Positions 25,506 through 34,244 of a stretch of DNA of 64,000 nt are shown piece after piece. Positions within the stretch are counted from its first letter, which is position 1. The number at the start of each line of letters is the position of its first letter. Under the pieces are notes generated by a model. The model was not told where the DNA came from and searched no databases. It saw nothing but the letters and a program-made list of their open reading frames with translations. Source of the stretch: an uncultured Bacteroidaceae bacterium (GTDB taxonomy: Bacteria; Bacillota; Clostridia; Christensenellales; CAG-917); assembly GCA_964599875.1 (NCBI GenBank), contig CAZRHE010000002.1, positions 22,415 to 86,414 on the forward strand, read 5' to 3'. The position numbers and the translations under genes were made by a program.

Positions 25506-26255
25506 ATGGCAAGAAAACCTATCATAGCAGGCAACTGGAAAATGAACAACACCATCGCGGATACCAAGGCGCTCATCACCGACCTTATCCCTCTCGTTAA
25601 GGACGCAAAATGCGACGTCGTCATCTGCACTCCCTACACCGACCTCGCAACCGCAGTCGAAATGACCAAAGGCACCAATATCCACGTCGGCGCAGAAAAC
25701 GTGCACTGGGCGGAAAAAGGTGCGTTCACCGGTGAAATCAGCGCCAATATGCTCGTTGAACTCGGCGTCGAATACGTCATCATCGGACACAGCGAACGTC
25801 GCCAATATTTCGGTGAAACCGACGCAACCGTCAACGGCAGAGTCAAAGCGGCACTCGCGGCAGGTCTTAAACCCATTATCTGCGTAGGCGAAACCCTTGA
25901 ACAACGCGAAAAGAATCGCACCAAATCCGTCGTCAGAAAACAAGTCAACGGCGCATTCGAAGGCATTGCGGAAGAAGAACTCAAAAACATCGTTATCGCA
26001 TACGAACCCGTTTGGGCAATCGGCACCGGCAAAACCGCAACCGCGGAACAAGCGGAAGAAACCATCAAAAATATCCGCAGCATGGTCGCGAAACTCTACG
26101 GCAGAAAACTTGCAAACAAACTCCGCATCCAATACGGCGGCAGCATGAATCCCAAGAACGTGTCCGAACTTATGGCACAACCCGACATCGACGGCGGCCT
26201 TATCGGCGGTGCGTCCTTGAAGGCGGTTGATTTCAGCCAAGTCGTCAACTTCTAA
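25506..26255 (+). CDS. tpiA: triosephosphate isomerase
   Basis: IIAGNWKMN, IIGHSERR and AYEPVWAIGTGKTA motifs. Confidence 0.96.
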   Translation: MARKPIIAGNWKMNNTIADTKALITDLIPLVKDAKCDVVICTPYTDLATAVEMTKGTNIHVGAENVHWAEKGAFTGEISANMLVELGVEYVIIGHSERRQYFGETDATVNGRVKAALAAGLKPIICVGETLEQREKNRTKSVVRKQVNGAFEGIAEEELKNIVIAYEPVWAIGTGKTATAEQAEETIKNIRSMVAKLYGRKLANKLRIQYGGSMNPKNVSELMAQPDIDGGLIGGASLKAVDFSQVVNF

Positions 26256-26369
26256 TAACTCGTCATTTCGCAGAAACGACGTTTTAACAAATCAAAATGC
26301 GTATATGAACGTGCTGTTTTGCTTTGAAACGGCACGTTTAGTGCACGCACGACAAATAAAGGAAACGTT

Positions 26370-27935
26370 ATGAAACAATTAGTTCTCGTTGTCATGGACG
26401 GCGTCGGGCAGTCTAAAACAGGGCTCGGCGACGCCGTTACGCTTGCAAACACTCCCACTCTCGACAAACTTTTGTCCACGTGCCCTCATACCTATATTAA
26501 GGCGCACGGCACCGCGGTCGGACTTCCGTCTGACGACGATATGGGCAACAGTGAAGTCGGTCATAACGCACTCGGTTGCGGTCAGGTCTATTCGCAGGGC
26601 GCAAAACTCGTCGAAGAGGCTATCGAAAGCGGTGATATCTTCAAGTCTTCCGCTTGGACCGCGCTCAAAGAAAACTGCTTGAAATCGGGCGGCGCAATGC
26701 ACTTCATCGGGCTCCTCTCGGACGGAAACGTGCATAGCAATATATCTCACCTCATCGCCCTCGTCAAAGGCGCGAAAGCGGACGGAATCAAAAAGGTCAG
26801 AATACACGCTCTCCTCGACGGCAGGGACGTCCCTGCGACTTCCGCACTCGTCTACGTCGAACAACTCGAAACCGCTTTGGCGGCGCTCAACGACGCGGAT
26901 TTCGACGCGCGCATAGCGTCGGGCGGCGGCAGAATGAAAATAACGATGGATAGATACTTCGCAAACTGGGATATGGTTCGCGACGGATTCTATACGCACG
27001 TGTACGGAGAGGGCAGAGGCTTTGCAAACGCTACCGAAGCCATTCAAACTTTCCGCGACGAAACCCCCGGTATCATCGACCAAGACCTTCCCGCGTTCGT
27101 CGTCAAAGAAAACGGTGAACCCGTCGGAGCAATGCACGACGGCGACAGCGTGATACTTTTCAATTTCAGAGGGGACAGAGCAATCGAACTCAGCATGGCT
27201 TTCGACAATGCGGATTTCGATAAATTCGACAGAAAAGATATGCCCAAAGTTCAGTACGCGGGCATGTTGCAATACGACGGAGACCTTCATCTTCCCGAAA
27301 AATTCCTCGTCGAACCCCCGAAAATCAAATATACGCTTTCGGAATTTTGCGTGGGCTACGGCATTTCCTCTTACGCCGTTTCCGAAACTCAAAAGTACGG
27401 CCACGTCACTTATTTCTGGAACGGAAACCGCAGTGAAAAATTCAGCGATACTCTCGAAACGTGGGAAGAAATCCCCAGCGATAAAGTGTCTTTCGACGAG
27501 CGTCCTTGGATGAAATCCGCGGAGGTTACGGACAAAGTCATAGAGGCGATAGAAAGCGGAAAATACGGCTTTATCCGTTGCAACTACCCGAACGGCGATA
27601 TGGTCGGCCATACGGGCAATCTCGACGCAACCATAGTCGGTGTCGAAGCGGTGGATTTGGGCCTTGCAAGGCTTCTTTCCGTCATTGACAAAAACGACGC
27701 AATCCTTGTCGTCACCGCAGACCACGGCAACGCGGACGAAATGCTCGAAAAGAATAAGAAAGGAAATATCGCAGTCCGTACGGCACATTCCTTGAACCCT
27801 GTTCCGTTCATCGTGTACAACGCGGATGCGGAAATCGCAGACGGCGAATTCGGACTTTCGAACGTTGCGGCAACGATTGCAAAACTTATGGGACTCGAAC
27901 CCGATTCTCATTGGGATAAAGCGATTATTAAGTAA
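26370..27935 (+). CDS. gpmI: 2,3-bisphosphoglycerate-independent phosphoglycerate mutase
   Basis: LVVMDGVG, MGNSEVGHNALG and TADHGNADEM motifs. 521 aa. Confidence 0.95.
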   Translation: MKQLVLVVMDGVGQSKTGLGDAVTLANTPTLDKLLSTCPHTYIKAHGTAVGLPSDDDMGNSEVGHNALGCGQVYSQGAKLVEEAIESGDIFKSSAWTALKENCLKSGGAMHFIGLLSDGNVHSNISHLIALVKGAKADGIKKVRIHALLDGRDVPATSALVYVEQLETALAALNDADFDARIASGGGRMKITMDRYFANWDMVRDGFYTHVYGEGRGFANATEAIQTFRDETPGIIDQDLPAFVVKENGEPVGAMHDGDSVILFNFRGDRAIELSMAFDNADFDKFDRKDMPKVQYAGMLQYDGDLHLPEKFLVEPPKIKYTLSEFCVGYGISSYAVSETQKYGHVTYFWNGNRSEKFSDTLETWEEIPSDKVSFDERPWMKSAEVTDKVIEAIESGKYGFIRCNYPNGDMVGHTGNLDATIVGVEAVDLGLARLLSVIDKNDAILVVTADHGNADEMLEKNKKGNIAVRTAHSLNPVPFIVYNADAEIADGEFGLSNVAATIAKLMGLEPDSHWDKAIIK

Positions 27936-27956
27936 GCCTAATTTTAGTGCATAATG

Positions 27957-27987
27957 AAAAAATCCGCCGTTTATCGGTGGATTTTTT
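27957..27987 (+). terminator. rho-independent terminator of the glycolytic operon
   Basis: ATCCGCCG / CGGTGGAT stem with a TTTAT loop and a T6 run. Confidence 0.8.
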
Positions 27988-28361
27988 ATGCTTTAAGTGC
28001 CGTTTTTTTGGAATATGGTGCCGTTCCCGGAGATTTTTCGTCGTGCTTTGCACTTCCTCTGAATGACGATATAGCGGTATACTCACTTTTTTTGTCATTC
28101 CGAGCAAACATAGGGGCATCCCCACCGCAAAAACAAGCCAATGGCAATATGATTTAGCATTATGCTGAAATCAGGCGCAGATTTTTGCGGAAGGGGAAAA
28201 AGGAACAAGGCTCAACGCATAAAGCCCTCGTGAGAGGGCATAGCGCAAAGTGTCTTGTGACGTAATCTCGTGGAAACGAAACGATACTTATGTTCGCATC
28301 AATTAAGAACGGGTGCGGGTGTCCCGCCCACACCTATTACCTATTCACTATTACTTCTTAC

Positions 28362-28733
28362 CTATTTTTTATCGGGTTTTGGAATAGGGGAGAAGCACTT
28401 ATCGAGTTCCCCTCTTCTTTCAAGCACTTCGTAGAGGTCGTCGGGGACGTTGTCGATGATTTGCGGATTGCGCGTGAAACATAAGTATTCATTGGATAAA
28501 TCCACGTTGCTCGCGTGCAACAGTATCAAATCTTCTTCTTTGACCACTAAGTCAACGTCCGAGCAGGACCACATGCCGTCTTCTTCTTGGAAAATTTCGC
28601 CCTCGAAAATAACGAGCCAGCAACCCCCTATTTTTCTCGGGTCCATGATGCATCCTTTGGCTCCTTTATGTAACCCCATGCTTGCATAATATTCATTCTC
28701 TACGTTTAGAGCAACCCAATCGTATTCTTGCAT
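28362..28733 (-). CDS. DUF4926-like small protein (immunity/antitoxin-type), paralog 1
   Basis: 123 aa. The SH3-like N-half MQEYDWVALNVENEYYASMGLHKGAKGCIMDP is DUF4926-like by recollection. The C-terminus is nearly identical to the next gene. Confidence 0.65.
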   Translation of the reverse strand: MQEYDWVALNVENEYYASMGLHKGAKGCIMDPRKIGGCWLVIFEGEIFQEEDGMWSCSDVDLVVKEEDLILLHASNVDLSNEYLCFTRNPQIIDNVPDDLYEVLERRGELDKCFSPIPKPDKK

Positions 28734-28741
28734 AATGCCTC

Positions 28742-29113
28742 CTATTTTTTATCGGGTTTTGGGATAGGGGAGAAACACTTGTCGAGTTCACCTCTTCTTT
28801 CAAGCACTTCGTAGAGGTCGTCGGGGACGTTGTCGATGATTTGAGGATTGTGCGTGAAACATAAGTATTCTTCGGATAAATCAACGTTCATCGCTTTTAC
28901 GAGTCTTAAGTCCTCTTCTTTGACGTTTACGTAAGCATCCGAACAAGTCCAGACGCCGTCTTCACCTTGGAAAATCTCTTTGTCAAAAATAACGAACCAA
29001 GTGCCTTCGATTTTTCGCGGGTCCATAATGGTGCCTATATCCCCTTTGTGTGCACCCTCTTTGGCGTAGCACTCTTTTTCGACTATCAACTCAACAATAT
29101 CATATTCTTGCAT
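28742..29113 (-). CDS. DUF4926-like small protein (immunity/antitoxin-type), paralog 2
   Basis: 123 aa from ATG 29113 (AAGGAG RBS). MQEYDIVELIVEKECYAKEGAHKGDIGTIMDP. The last 140 nt or so are about 94 percent identical to 28361-28500. Confidence 0.65.
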   Translation of the reverse strand: MQEYDIVELIVEKECYAKEGAHKGDIGTIMDPRKIEGTWFVIFDKEIFQGEDGVWTCSDAYVNVKEEDLRLVKAMNVDLSEEYLCFTHNPQIIDNVPDDLYEVLERRGELDKCFSPIPKPDKK

Positions 29114-29166
29114 ATAATCAAATCTCCTTATTATGAGTATAATATAGCTTTGTAAAGTTTGCAAAT

Positions 29167-29745
29167 TTATTTTTTTTGATTTGCAAATGGCGTTGCAAGC
29201 AAAATTTTCCCGTCAGGGTAAACGGTCCAACCTGTTTTAAACGCAATATACTCGCCGTTGTCTTTTCGTTTAAGTATAATTTCAATGTTGATTGATTGAG
29301 AATACTTGTTTAAATTTGTGAGAGTGTAATTCCCGGTAGAATAAGCAATATATGCTTGTTTTGCAAATTCTTTTTGCAAATATTCAGAGTCGTTAATATC
29401 AAATCCCCACGATTCAAAAAGTTGTTTTTTATCTCCTACCTCATGATGAACGAATGCATATCTTGTAAATTTAATTATTGGACATTCTACCATAACGGTC
29501 ATATGCTGTACGTTTTTCAAAAAGCAATGGCAATGTGGATGGTGTGGGATTGTAGGACACTTGTCAATAACAAAACAACAGCCGTTCAAATTTAAGCAAA
29601 TAGAGCAGTGTGAAGTATTGTTTTGTTCAGCATATATTCTTTTCATTTCTGCTGTGGTTGCCGGTGCCGTGCCGGGATGAATGATTTTTACCCATTCTTC
29701 CATACACAATTTTTCTAAAAGTTTTCCTGCTTCCGATAAGTTCAT
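29167..29745 (-). CDS. MuF/SPP1-gp7 C-terminal motif fused to a putative toxin domain (DUF6883-like)
   Basis: CSICLNLNGCCFVIDKCPTIPHHPHCHCF matches the C-x-x-C...L-N-G...P-x-x-H-P-x-C-x-C motif of phage head-morphogenesis MuF proteins. The C-terminal 110 aa (KFTRYAF..GDKKQLFESWGF ... WTVYPDGKILLATPF) resemble a domain seen in toxin-antitoxin contexts. Confidence 0.6.
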   Translation of the reverse strand: MNLSEAGKLLEKLCMEEWVKIIHPGTAPATTAEMKRIYAEQNNTSHCSICLNLNGCCFVIDKCPTIPHHPHCHCFLKNVQHMTVMVECPIIKFTRYAFVHHEVGDKKQLFESWGFDINDSEYLQKEFAKQAYIAYSTGNYTLTNLNKYSQSINIEIILKRKDNGEYIAFKTGWTVYPDGKILLATPFANQKK

Positions 29746-29840
29746 ATGGATTTTCCTCCTTGAAGAGAAAGTAACTTATGAAAACGTCGAAAAGCAAGTT
29801 TTTATGACACGGAAAAATTTTTGTTTTTTGTTTCATAAAC

Positions 29841-29866
29841 AAATCCGACGTTTATGCGTCGGATTT
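29841..29866 (-). terminator. terminator downstream of the MATE gene
   Basis: AAATCCGACG / CGTCGGATTT stem. Confidence 0.7.
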
Positions 29867-29920
29867 GAGAGGTTAAAGTTTTGGTTTTGCAAAATGTGTG
29901 GGATTTCGTCTTTGATGAAA

Positions 29921-31378
29921 TTATGCGACGAATTCCGTTTCGGGGGGATTGAGTGCGAGATTTTCTTCGGCGCGAAGGGCAAACTCTTCGTCCTTCTTTT
30001 TGAAGATTCTCTTTATCGTGGCAAGGGCGATCGGGAAGAATATTGCCGTCGTCACGAACTCTGCGACGGGGAATGCAACCCAAAATCCCGTAAGTCCGAG
30101 GTCGGTGTAGTTGGACAGCACGTAGCCGAGAGGTACGAGGATTCCGATTTGACGGAGAAGGGAAATGAGCATTGCTTTTATGCCTTGTCCGACCGCGTTG
30201 AACATTGCAATCATAATGACCGAAACGCCCGCTGAAACGAATGCGATAGAGCAAAGTCGGAGTGCCTCGGAGCCGACTGCAACCTTGTTTGCGGTGTCGG
30301 GGGAGAATAGCGCAAGGATATATTGCGGCATCGAGTGGAAAATAATCAGTCCGAAAGTCATATAGCAAAACGCTATCAGCATCGACGTGTAGAAAGTCTT
30401 GTCGAAACGCTTGCGGTTGTTTGCGCCGTAATTGTAACCCATAATAGGCATGCAGCCTTGGTTCAGACCGAAGACGGGCATAAACACGAAGGATTGCACT
30501 TTGAAGTAGATTCCGAACGCCCAAACCGCATCTTTGAATCCGTTGAGAATGACGTTTGAAATCATGTACATAATCGAGCCGATTGCGTTGAGGACTACGG
30601 AGGGCAGACCGACTTTGATGATTTCGAGGACGATCGCCTTTTGCACTCGGAAACCTTTTTTGAAGAAGATTTGTATGTCGTAGTGCTTTTTCGTTAGGAC
30701 GATTAGCGGCACGAACATAGACGCGATTTGTCCCGTAACGGTTGCGATTGCCGCGCCGACCGCACCCATATCACACGCAAGAATGAAGATGGGGTCGAGA
30801 ATGATATTGGTTATTGCGCCCGTCAATTGCGCGAACATAGGAATTATCATATTGCCCATCGCTTGAAGTATACGATTGAGCATGGTTTCCACCATAACGC
30901 CTATCGAGCAACAGATGCAAATGGTGAGATAGACGGTTCCCATTTCTTGAACTTTCGCCCAATCCGCCGTATCTTCGAGTTGTGCCGCCGCGCCCGTCGT
31001 GTAAGCGGAGATGAATCCGTCCGCGACGAAGTAGCCGATTATCAAAAAGGTAAGTCCCGAAAGAATGGAGAGGAGAAGTCCTGTTTGCGCCGCCGCGCTT
31101 GCGTCTACGTTTTTGCCCTCGCCGAGTTTACGCGATATGACCGAGCCCGTGCCGACCGCAAATCCGATTGCAAAAGCGTTGACGAGGAGTTGCATAGGCA
31201 TGGCGTAAGAGAGCGCAAGGACGCCGTTTGTTGCGTCGTACATGCCGACGAAGACGCTGTCTACTATGTTGTAAAGCGCTTGCACGAGCATGGACAATAT
31301 GGAAGGGCCGCTCATTTGCAAGATGAGTTTTCCGATGGGTACGTTTCCGAGTTTTGTCGATTGTAAATCCTGAGCCAT
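29921..31378 (-). CDS. MATE-family efflux transporter
   Basis: 12-TM protein. PIGKLILQMSGPSILSMLVQALYNIVDSVFVG is a typical MATE N-terminus. Confidence 0.9.
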   Translation of the reverse strand: MAQDLQSTKLGNVPIGKLILQMSGPSILSMLVQALYNIVDSVFVGMYDATNGVLALSYAMPMQLLVNAFAIGFAVGTGSVISRKLGEGKNVDASAAAQTGLLLSILSGLTFLIIGYFVADGFISAYTTGAAAQLEDTADWAKVQEMGTVYLTICICCSIGVMVETMLNRILQAMGNMIIPMFAQLTGAITNIILDPIFILACDMGAVGAAIATVTGQIASMFVPLIVLTKKHYDIQIFFKKGFRVQKAIVLEIIKVGLPSVVLNAIGSIMYMISNVILNGFKDAVWAFGIYFKVQSFVFMPVFGLNQGCMPIMGYNYGANNRKRFDKTFYTSMLIAFCYMTFGLIIFHSMPQYILALFSPDTANKVAVGSEALRLCSIAFVSAGVSVIMIAMFNAVGQGIKAMLISLLRQIGILVPLGYVLSNYTDLGLTGFWVAFPVAEFVTTAIFFPIALATIKRIFKKKDEEFALRAEENLALNPPETEFVA

Positions 31379-31402
31379 TGTTATCCTAACGTGAATTTAA
31401 TA

Positions 31403-32683
31403 TTATGCGTTTGTATCGTTCGTGGTTGCGTCCGCTGTTTCGAGGACGGGATTTATAGGGGGAGGAAGGGTGTTTTCGCCCTTGTAACTTGCCTTCAAAA
31501 TAATGGGGGTGAGAAGGGAAGTAAGGATGATAAGGATGATGATGAAAGGCATAATTTCCGCGCTGACCATACCTGCCGAAACGCCCTTTTGAGCGCACAC
31601 GAGGACGACTTCCGCACGCACCATCATACCGACTCCGACTCTCAAAGAATCCTTGACGGAATACTTGCAAACGAGTGCGCCGAGACCGCACCCCACGACC
31701 TTGCCGAGAATACCCGCCAAGATGAATGCGAAACCGAAACCGACCATTTTCCCGTCGATTCCGCTAAATGAAGTCTGTATTCCGATATTTGCGAAGAAAA
31801 CAGGAGCGAAAATCAGATAGTTGCTCGTTTCGATTTTTTGGTCTACGTAATGCTTCTCGCCGATGTTGGAAAGGATGAGTCCCGCGACGTAGGCTCCCGT
31901 TATATCCGCCACTCCGAACCAATGTTCCGCAGCCCACGCGTAGAAGAAACACATTGCGAAACAGAAGATAGGGATACGTCTTGTATGGGGGTATTTTTTG
32001 GACGCCCATTTCATCGCTATATCGAGGACGATACCGACCGCGATAGCCGCCGCGAAGAAAGCAATCATCATGCCGATGGTTTTGCCGATTTCGCTTGCAG
32101 AGCCGCTGTTTTCAAGGCTGATGAAAAGGGAAAGGAGTATGACGCCGATGATATCGTCGAGGATTGCGGCGGACACTATGGAAGTGCCGACTTTGGTGTT
32201 GAGTTTGCCGAGTTCTTTGAGAGCGGCGACGGTTATGCTGACCGAAGTCGCGGCGAGAATGGTGCCGTAGAACATATTGCAAAGGATATCGTGGGTGGAA
32301 AGTCCCGAAAATCCGCCGTTATTGAAAAGGCACGCCACGATAAAGCCGAATCCGAGAGGGAACAAAACTCCGAGAGAGGTGATTATAATCGAGGGAATTC
32401 CCGTGGATTTGAATTGTTTGAGGTCGGTTTCGATGCCCGCCGAGAACATAATCAAAATGACGCCGATTTTCGCAAGGAAGGAAAGTCCTTCGAGGGTGAA
32501 AGACGAAAGGATTTTTTGTCCGGGGATGAGTTTGATAAGACCGATGAGTATACCCGCGACGAGCATTCCTATGACTTGCGGAAGCCCTATTTTTTTGCAA
32601 CCCATCGAGAGCACTTTCGACAGGATGAGTATCATCGCGAGAGGGAGAAGAATCTCGTATTCCATATATTCCTTATCGCGCAC
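31403..32683 (-). CDS. cation:proton antiporter (CPA2 / Na+-H+ exchanger family)
   Basis: About 12 TM segments. LPQVIGMLVAGILIG and LIMFSAGIETDL are typical of the Kef/NapA family. Confidence 0.88.
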   Translation of the reverse strand: MRDKEYMEYEILLPLAMILILSKVLSMGCKKIGLPQVIGMLVAGILIGLIKLIPGQKILSSFTLEGLSFLAKIGVILIMFSAGIETDLKQFKSTGIPSIIITSLGVLFPLGFGFIVACLFNNGGFSGLSTHDILCNMFYGTILAATSVSITVAALKELGKLNTKVGTSIVSAAILDDIIGVILLSLFISLENSGSASEIGKTIGMMIAFFAAAIAVGIVLDIAMKWASKKYPHTRRIPIFCFAMCFFYAWAAEHWFGVADITGAYVAGLILSNIGEKHYVDQKIETSNYLIFAPVFFANIGIQTSFSGIDGKMVGFGFAFILAGILGKVVGCGLGALVCKYSVKDSLRVGVGMMVRAEVVLVCAQKGVSAGMVSAEIMPFIIILIILTSLLTPIILKASYKGENTLPPPINPVLETADATTNDTNA

Positions 32684-32838
32684 CTATGCGCTGAAATTTA
32701 ATCTTCGTTTTAGAAACTCGTTATACTCTTTTCGATAAAAATAGTCAAGCGTAGCGGTATGGTTGCGGAAAAAATCGCGATAAAAGGCGGATTTTCCACG
32801 CGCGAATTAGGCGGAGGCGTCAAAATGCGCCTATTCCG

Positions 32839-32867
32839 TTGACACGATTGTGCGCACGTGGTAAAAT
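32839..32867 (+). promoter_or_regulatory. sigma-A promoter upstream of the membrane protein/ABC cluster
   Basis: TTGACA (32839-32844), 17 nt, TGG-TAAAAT (32862-32867). Confidence 0.55.
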
Positions 32868-32915
32868 GGTACAAGATATTGTGTATATATACGCACGCGT
32901 ATCGGTAGCAAAATT

Positions 32916-33353
32916 ATGATGAACATGAACGTAATTCTCAACTTAACGAGCACTTTCCTCGGCATTGCGTGTGCCATAGCGGCAATCGCGATATTGTTCC
33001 TTTTGGGCGTTTTTATCAAAAATCTCCCGAACGGCATAAGTCGTTTGCTTTCCGCTATATTGGCGTCCATGGTCATCGCGACTTTTTTGACGGGGCTTGC
33101 GGCGCAATTTTTGTACGTCCTGTCCTCTAAAGCGATGCTTACCGCCGTGTTCTCGATAAAAATCGTGAGCGTCACGGCAATGGTAGGCTTTTTACTTTAT
33201 TCCGCAAACCGCTTTTTATGGTTCGTATTGAACGAAAGACGCTTTTTGAAAGGATTGTCTTTTTGCGTAAACGGATTTGCGACTTTTGCGAGGAATAAGA
33301 AATCTTCCTCGTCTTTATTCGAATTGAAAACGTCGTCGGTGCTTTTGTGGTGA
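32916..33353 (+). CDS. hypothetical membrane protein (4 TM)
   Basis: 145-aa hydrophobic ORF that is first in the cluster. No recognisable family motif. Confidence 0.55.
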   Translation: MMNMNVILNLTSTFLGIACAIAAIAILFLLGVFIKNLPNGISRLLSAILASMVIATFLTGLAAQFLYVLSSKAMLTAVFSIKIVSVTAMVGFLLYSANRFLWFVLNERRFLKGLSFCVNGFATFARNKKSSSSLFELKTSSVLLW

Positions 33354-33413
33354 CGATAAAATTCCCTTTCGCGACGGGCGGTCGCAATATTAACTATTCA
33401 GGAGAAAAACATT

Positions 33414-34244
33414 ATGCTTAAAATAGAAAATTTGACAAAGAAATATCCCAAAAGCGACAGACTTGCGGTAGATAATATCAGCATCGAACTTCAACCCGGT
33501 GAAATCTTCGGATTCCTCGGACAAAACGGCGCGGGCAAATCTACCACCATTAAATGCCTCACGGGCATACTTCCTTTCGACGGCGGCACGATTGAAATCT
33601 GCGGACACGATATCGTGAAAGACCCTATCGGCGCGAAGATGAATATGGGTTACGTCCCCGACAACCATTCCGTGTACGAAAAACTCACGGGCAGAGAATA
33701 CGTCAATTACGTTGCGGACCTATATAAAGTTTCTCTTGCGGACAGAACGGAAAGATTCGAGCGTTATCTCGACCTTTTCAAACTTCGTTACGCGGCGGAT
33801 AGACAAATCAAAGCGTATTCCCACGGTATGAAACAAAAGATTTGTATCATAGCGGCGCTTATACACGAGCCTAAACTTTGGGTTCTCGACGAACCGATGA
33901 TGGGTCTTGACCCTCAATCCACTGCGGAAATCATCGCGCATATGCGTGAACATTGCGCAAAAGGCAACACGGTTTTCTTCAGTTCGCACAACCTCGACCT
34001 CGTCAAAAAACTCTGCGACAGAGTGGCGGTCATCAACGAAGGCAAACTCATCGACATGTTCGACCTCAAAGATAACGAACAAAACAAAGCGAATCTCGAA
34101 GAAAGATTCTTCAAAATCACCGGCACTTACGAAAAACGTTTGTTCGAGGACTACGCCGCACAAGAAAGCGCGGATATGCGCCCCGACCTTCCTCTTGAAG
34201 AAGTTGCAACCGAAGACGTCGCCGAAACGGAGGACAAGGACTGA
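33414..34244 (+). CDS. ABC transporter ATP-binding protein (ABC-2 type)
   Basis: Walker A GQNGAGKST, signature YSHGMKQK and Walker B LWVLDEP. Confidence 0.93.
   Translation: MLKIENLTKKYPKSDRLAVDNISIELQPGEIFGFLGQNGAGKSTTIKCLTGILPFDGGTIEICGHDIVKDPIGAKMNMGYVPDNHSVYEKLTGREYVNYVADLYKVSLADRTERFERYLDLFKLRYAADRQIKAYSHGMKQKICIIAALIHEPKLWVLDEPMMGLDPQSTAEIIAHMREHCAKGNTVFFSSHNLDLVKKLCDRVAVINEGKLIDMFDLKDNEQNKANLEERFFKITGTYEKRLFEDYAAQESADMRPDLPLEEVATEDVAETEDKD

Noticed and set aside
24005-27911. Very long antisense ORFs opposite pgk (24005..25330, 441 aa) and gpmI (26379..27911, 510 aa). Similar ones occur at 34913..36265, 36266..37429, 37454..38740, 38786..40228, 40784..41470 and 62817..63887.
   Set aside because: The sense-strand genes carry unambiguous conserved motifs (PGK, GpmI, ABC permease, Big_2 proteins). 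The antisense translations are low-complexity (Arg/Val/Phe/Asp-rich) and have no RBS. They are shadow ORFs that stay open because the sense strand avoids TTA, CTA and TCA codons.
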